From Eledone cirrhosa (taxonomy: Eukaryota): DNA of 64,000 bases. Shown here piece after piece: positions 59,061 to 64,000 of the stretch. Positions within the stretch are counted from its first letter, which is position 1. Each line of letters opens with the position of its first letter. Under the pieces are notes generated by a model. The model worked only from the letters and a program-made list of their open reading frames with translations. It made no database searches and was not told the DNA's origin. The position numbers were made by a program, and so were the translations under genes. Location of the stretch: contig OZ024743.1 in NCBI GenBank assembly GCA_964016885.1, positions 224,688,001 to 224,752,000 of the forward strand, given 5' to 3'.

Positions 59061-59102
59061 TATATATATATATATATATATATTCATATATATATATATT
59101 TT

Positions 59103-59181
<79 letters not shown>

Positions 59182-59240
59182 TCATATATTACTCTTTTAC
59201 CTGTTTCAGCCATCCGGCTGAGGCCATGCTGGGGCACCAC

Positions 59241-59280
<40 letters not shown>

Positions 59281-59286
<6 letters not shown>

Positions 59287-60890
59287 TAAAATAACAGATT
59301 AAAGTTTAAGCAAAGAATCGCTGCTTTCACCCTTAACGGGATCTTCTGAAACTAACAAAATCAATCTGTAAACTCAGAAGTGGATATTTCAAAAAACGTT
59401 GCAACCGGAGGAAGACAGGAAAACGATACTTTGGTTCGTGGAAACGTTCCCTGGCAAAGAATGGGAAAAAACGAATATAATACGTCATTATTTGGATTGG
59501 TGAAAAACAATTACGCACAAAGACAGAACCACGTTTATGGTATAAAAGATGTCATAGACTAATGTTCTCTTAGGTGGTTCATAGAGACGTTTTCTGGCAA
59601 TGAACGAAAAAAACCAAGATAATACGTCATATGTGGAGCGTGGAGAACAATTGCACACAAAGACAAAACCATGTAAATGGTATAGCAGAAATCGTAGACT
59701 AAAATACTAACTAGGAGACCAAATGAATCTCCACTTCAGAGTTAAGAATAAAGTAAATAAAATACAGAGGTAGTAGAAATTAAATAAATACACGCAAACA
59801 AATACGTACATACACAAGCATACGCGAAAACACTTACCATACGTATACAAAACCACTCACATATAAATATGTGTGTGTGTGTGTGTGTATACAAATAAAT
59901 AAATAATTAAATAAACGTATATAAATAAATAAATACGTATATAAGAAGCACACACACATACCTACATGTAAATACACAAATGTTCGGAGATGTAAGTCAA
60001 CCAAACCAAGAAGTACACATATACACACACCCTACATACGTGCGAACCTGCACACTCACACGGACGCAAAACTCCCGTATACACATAACCAAACCATATG
60101 TACCAGAATATATAAAAAATTATATGCCATAACATATACAATCAAATATGCGTACGAGAAAGTATACGTACCTTCACAAAACATACAGGTAATATATACT
60201 TACCTATGCAAATAAGTAATGGTATAAACAAAACATATACTTAGCTACCACATCAAGAAGTAAAATATCCACATATAGATCGTACTATCCGTTAGGGTAT
60301 AACGTGGGGCTGTAACACAGGAAAGTTTTGTGCAATTTATGTTACAAGCCGAAATTGCCTCAGATTTTTTGTTTAAGATGGGGTCTGTGGCATAGAGTAT
60401 TTCCAGGGCCTCAGCAGCGCAGAGGTCACATGGTCTTTTATTTCCGTTATACGATCTAGCCCTAGCTAGGATCTCCCAGTGTAACTTATATTGGGTGTGG
60501 TTGTCTTTTAGACTCCAGATATAAGCTGAAAGTGACGTCATATTCCTTCTTAGAGGGTAACGAAAATAATAGGTATGCATGTAAAGACGCTGCTTGAAAC
60601 TATTGGCGGTTAACCCTATGTAGGCCCTACGGGACGTGGGTGTTACAACCTTACATTTGTAGACAATGTTACTAGAGAGGCATTTCCCGGATAGGGGGCA
60701 ATCAGCCCGATTCCTACAATTACAGTTAGTACTAACTACAGGGTTGCACGTGTTCCTACGGCTAGGTAGTTTAGCTAAATTTGAAGCTGTGATGTTATGT
60801 GCAAGGTTAGGAGTTGTAGAGTAAGAAATTTTAATAGTATTTCTATTAAAAATTTTACTATATTTATGTGTAAGGGGAAAATGCACCGTA
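59281..60890 (-). mobile_element. 5'-truncated Penelope-like element (Naiad-like GIY-YIG) with about 1 kb 3' UTR
   Basis: HFP..HKYSKIFNRNTIKISYS..CNCRNRADCPLSGKC..IVYKC..YIGLT..FKQR..LSAYIWSLK..CDLCAAEALEI..LNKKSE. An apparent 1-nt deletion near 60343 shifts the terminal CxH motif. Confidence 0.88.
59303..59353 (-). ncRNA. Type I hammerhead-like ribozyme with CAGAAGA core variant
   Basis: agttt-CAGAAGA-tccc gttaa gggt-GAAA-gca gcgattctt tgc-TT-aaact; all three stems can form. Confidence 0.62.
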
Positions 60891-60916
60891 ATATATATAT
60901 TCATATATATATTCAT

Positions 60917-62235
60917 AGTCCTGCAGGTAATAACGGAGGAGTTTAAGACCGGATGCCCATGGGAACTCCTGTATGCTGATGACCTCGCACTCATAGCTGA
61001 ATCTATGGTAGAACTAGAGAATAAATTCCAAACTTGGAAGCAGGGACTAGAAAGAAAGGGTCTCAAAGTCAACATGACAAAGACTAAGGTCCTTGTAAGT
61101 AGACGAGAAAACAGAACCCAGATCCCCTCAGGGAAATGGCCTTGCTCAGTATGTAGGAAAGGTGTAGGTAAGAACTCCATTCTCTGCCCCAAATGCAAAC
61201 AATGGGTACACAAGAGATGTAGCGGGATCTCAGGAAGCTTAATTAAGAATGTAGGATTCACATACAGCAGCTGTGCTGAGACAGCAAGCAGCAAACAGCC
61301 ACAGGAAACAAGTACCACCAATCTCTGGGAGGGCCCTGTAGAAACAGTAGACAGCTTCTGCTACCTAGGTGACCGAATTAGCAGCAGAGGTGGGTGTTCA
61401 GAAAGTACAATAACTAGGGTAAGAACAGGATGGAAGAAGTTTAGGGAACTACTACCACTGCTAGCTGCAAAAGGCTTCTCCCTCAGAATGAAAGGCAGAC
61501 TGTATGATGCGTGTATCCGAACAGCAATGTTACATGGTAGTGAGACCTGGGCGCTGAAGGTGGAAGACTTACGTAGATTAGAGAGAAACGAAGCCTGCAT
61601 GCTCCGATGGATGTGTAACAGTAATATACGTGAACGACAAAGCATAAATGAATTGAGAGAGAGACTGAGCATAAGAGGAATCAAATGCCGTGTGCAGGAG
61701 AGGCGGTTGCGCTGGTATGGACATGTGATGCGTATGAAGGATGACAGCTGCATAAAAAGGTGCAAAGCACTAGAAGTTGATGGAAACCGCGGAGTGGGGA
61801 GACCCATGAAGACCTGGGATGAGGTGATAAAAGCCGACCTTACCCAATTACACCTCTCAAAGACAATGACACATGACCGTGACTTCTGGCGTCACGCAGT
61901 AATACAGAGTACCCGACCTCCCATGGGTACAAGCTGAAGCATATAGACAATATGCCCCCACACCCCCCACCGCAAGGTGGTGGTGGAGGTGCCACGGCAA
62001 AAAAGCACCCAGCCCACACTGTAAAGTGGACATGTAGGCGCCACGAAAAAGCACCCAGCACTCACTGTAAATGAGGTTGGTGTTAGGAAAGGCATCCAGC
62101 TGTAGAAATCAAGCCAAATCAGTTCCTGTATGAGCAAGGCATGGTCAGCCGACCAGACACTGCCCACAACAGGACAACCCGTCTAACCCATGCTAGCGTG
62201 GAAGAACGGACGTAAAACGGTGATGATGATGATGA
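60917..62235 (+). mobile_element. 5'-truncated RTE-clade LINE, open frame to TGA at 61937, 3' UTR and (GAT)n tail
   Basis: WELLYADDLAL, GLKVNMTKTKVL, Cys-rich insert CSVC..CPKC..HKRC, VDSFCYLG, MLHGSETW, RRLRWYGHVMR, GRPMKTW. Confidence 0.93.
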
Positions 62236-62291
62236 TTCATATATATATATATTCACATATATATATATATATATGCACCGTAATATATATA

Positions 62292-62337
<46 letters not shown>

Positions 62338-62807
62338 TCAGCCGTACTAAGAATGAGAAATGAAATTTCGTTTCATTCTTTTCCATTTATATATATATTC
62401 ATATACATATATACATGCATATGATTTTGTGGGACATCTGTCAGTTCCCACAAATATTCCAGCTGTTTGACCAATAGGCCAGCTTGATCATAAAATTAAT
62501 ATACACGTGATTGGATATTTCACAGACACGTGTACTCTAAATAGTTCTCAGGGAGATTCAGCATTTGACAAGGCGGAACATTTGAATTACATATACAACT
62601 CATTTTTTCAGCTGAGTGAACTGTAGCAAAGTGAAATAAATATATATAATACTTCACTTCACTTCACTTATATTCTCACTCTGAGATGATACTCTCTACA
62701 CTTTTCCATTAAGGGTGCTTATATTCCTATTACTTTGACTATTTATCTGTAGTAAAAAAATTTTCTCAAACATTTCAAATTTCACTCATCATTTTTAAAC
62801 ATGTAAA

Positions 62808-62820
62808 CCTCTCTCTCTCT

Positions 62821-62902
<82 letters not shown>
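62808..62902. repeat. (CT)n-(TA)n-(AG)n self-complementary microsatellite
   Basis: Directly visible. Confidence 0.85.
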
Positions 62903-62904
<2 letters not shown>

Positions 62905-64000
62905 TATAGATATGTATTAATTTACAATTACTAAGACAGTGTTTCCATTAAACCTTTTGCCAGATAATTCATTTGATATATAATTAATACAAGGTAACAT
63001 TTCATACGCTCATGGACTCTACCACCCATCAGATGACATTAATACAATATCAAGCGATATCTTCTTAGAAGGTCCTTAGAAGAAGACCTGATTGTTAAGT
63101 GAGGATGAGTTCATTTACTGATCAAAACTTTAAAACTAGGTCAGTGGAACAGAACCAGGTTGTGAGGAGTGGCTGTTAGCTTTAATCTTCACAGTAGAAA
63201 TAGATTAGCCTTCATTGTTTTCTGAATGAAATTATATGAATTAATAAAGAATAATATTTTCAATGGGTTTGCTGCTCTATTTTTATCTTATAGATATTAT
63301 AAATACGTGAGTCTGTAGATAGATATGTCATGCAACTTACAATGTAAAAGAGAAACATCACACATTAATACACACATCCATTCATGTGCCCTTAACTCCA
63401 TATAGAGTTGTAGGGGTGCTGTTATGGTATTTAAAATATGGGGAAACCCATATTCTTTAGATTTAAACACCGAAGAATTGACCACGAAAGGATGAAAAAT
63501 AAAGTTGACCTTTATGGAATTTGATCTCAGAGTGTAGATATCCAGAACAAATATTGCAAAGCATTCTATCCTATGCTCTAACAACTGTGCCAATTTGTCA
63601 CCTGAAGACACAGCTTAAAACTTGTGAAGCCCATATCAACCTATAAGGGAGAGTGTCTCACAGATAGAAGTTTATTATATTAGGTTAGAGCTAGTATTGC
63701 TCAAAGACAAAGCAGGAAATATTTTAATAGAAAGGGAAATAAAAAAGAAAATCTCTTTTTGACTTCTTGGTAAAACAATAATAAGTTCTTACATAGTCAC
63801 TCACTCTGCAAGAAATAGCAGTCAAATTCTTTTAAATTACACCCTTCCATCTTGGGAAAAAATGGGGTATATTATATAGAAAAATAAAAGAAAGGAGCCA
63901 GTCACCAAATTTGACCAAGAAAACAATGTTTCTATTGGTCTTTCCATTGCAGATTCTATCTGCAAGTTGCAACTATTGACAGGAGAAACATCACTGCTTA

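Noticed and set aside
59431-59702. SECIS elements (ATGAC on the minus strand)
   Set aside because: No AA at the expected spacing and no in-frame TGA in the visible ORF.
60245-61321. 358-aa minus ORF as a single fusion protein
   Set aside because: The N-terminal part is antisense RTE sequence joined by chance to the PLE endonuclease fragment.

Overview
AT-rich, repeat-dense animal genomic DNA; the SINE/LINE and microsatellite content suggests a coleoid cephalopod (Octopus-like), which is an inference. Three spliced genes can be rebuilt by hand from GT-AG junctions with consistent phases: the 3' end of an FH2-domain formin (+, 668-12190, INF2/FHDC1-like), a complete FIP1L1 (-, 29230-12587, 15 coding exons), and mitochondrial translation initiation factor 3 (+, 29482-37976), which sits head-to-head with FIP1L1. 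Introns hold a complete non-coding LTR element (tRNA-Trp PBS, PPT, 4-bp TSD), a young CR1-type RT, RTE, CRE and mariner remnants, TTAA-MITEs and tRNA-SINEs. The most striking region is 52.6-62.4 kb. There a polarised (TA)n satellite is packed with pieces of at least four different Penelope-like elements (Naiad-like and Neptune-like). Their 3' ends carry type I hammerhead ribozyme motifs, including a perfect 177-bp-arm palindrome with one hammerhead on each strand. Repeat coordinates are approximate and no database searches were run.
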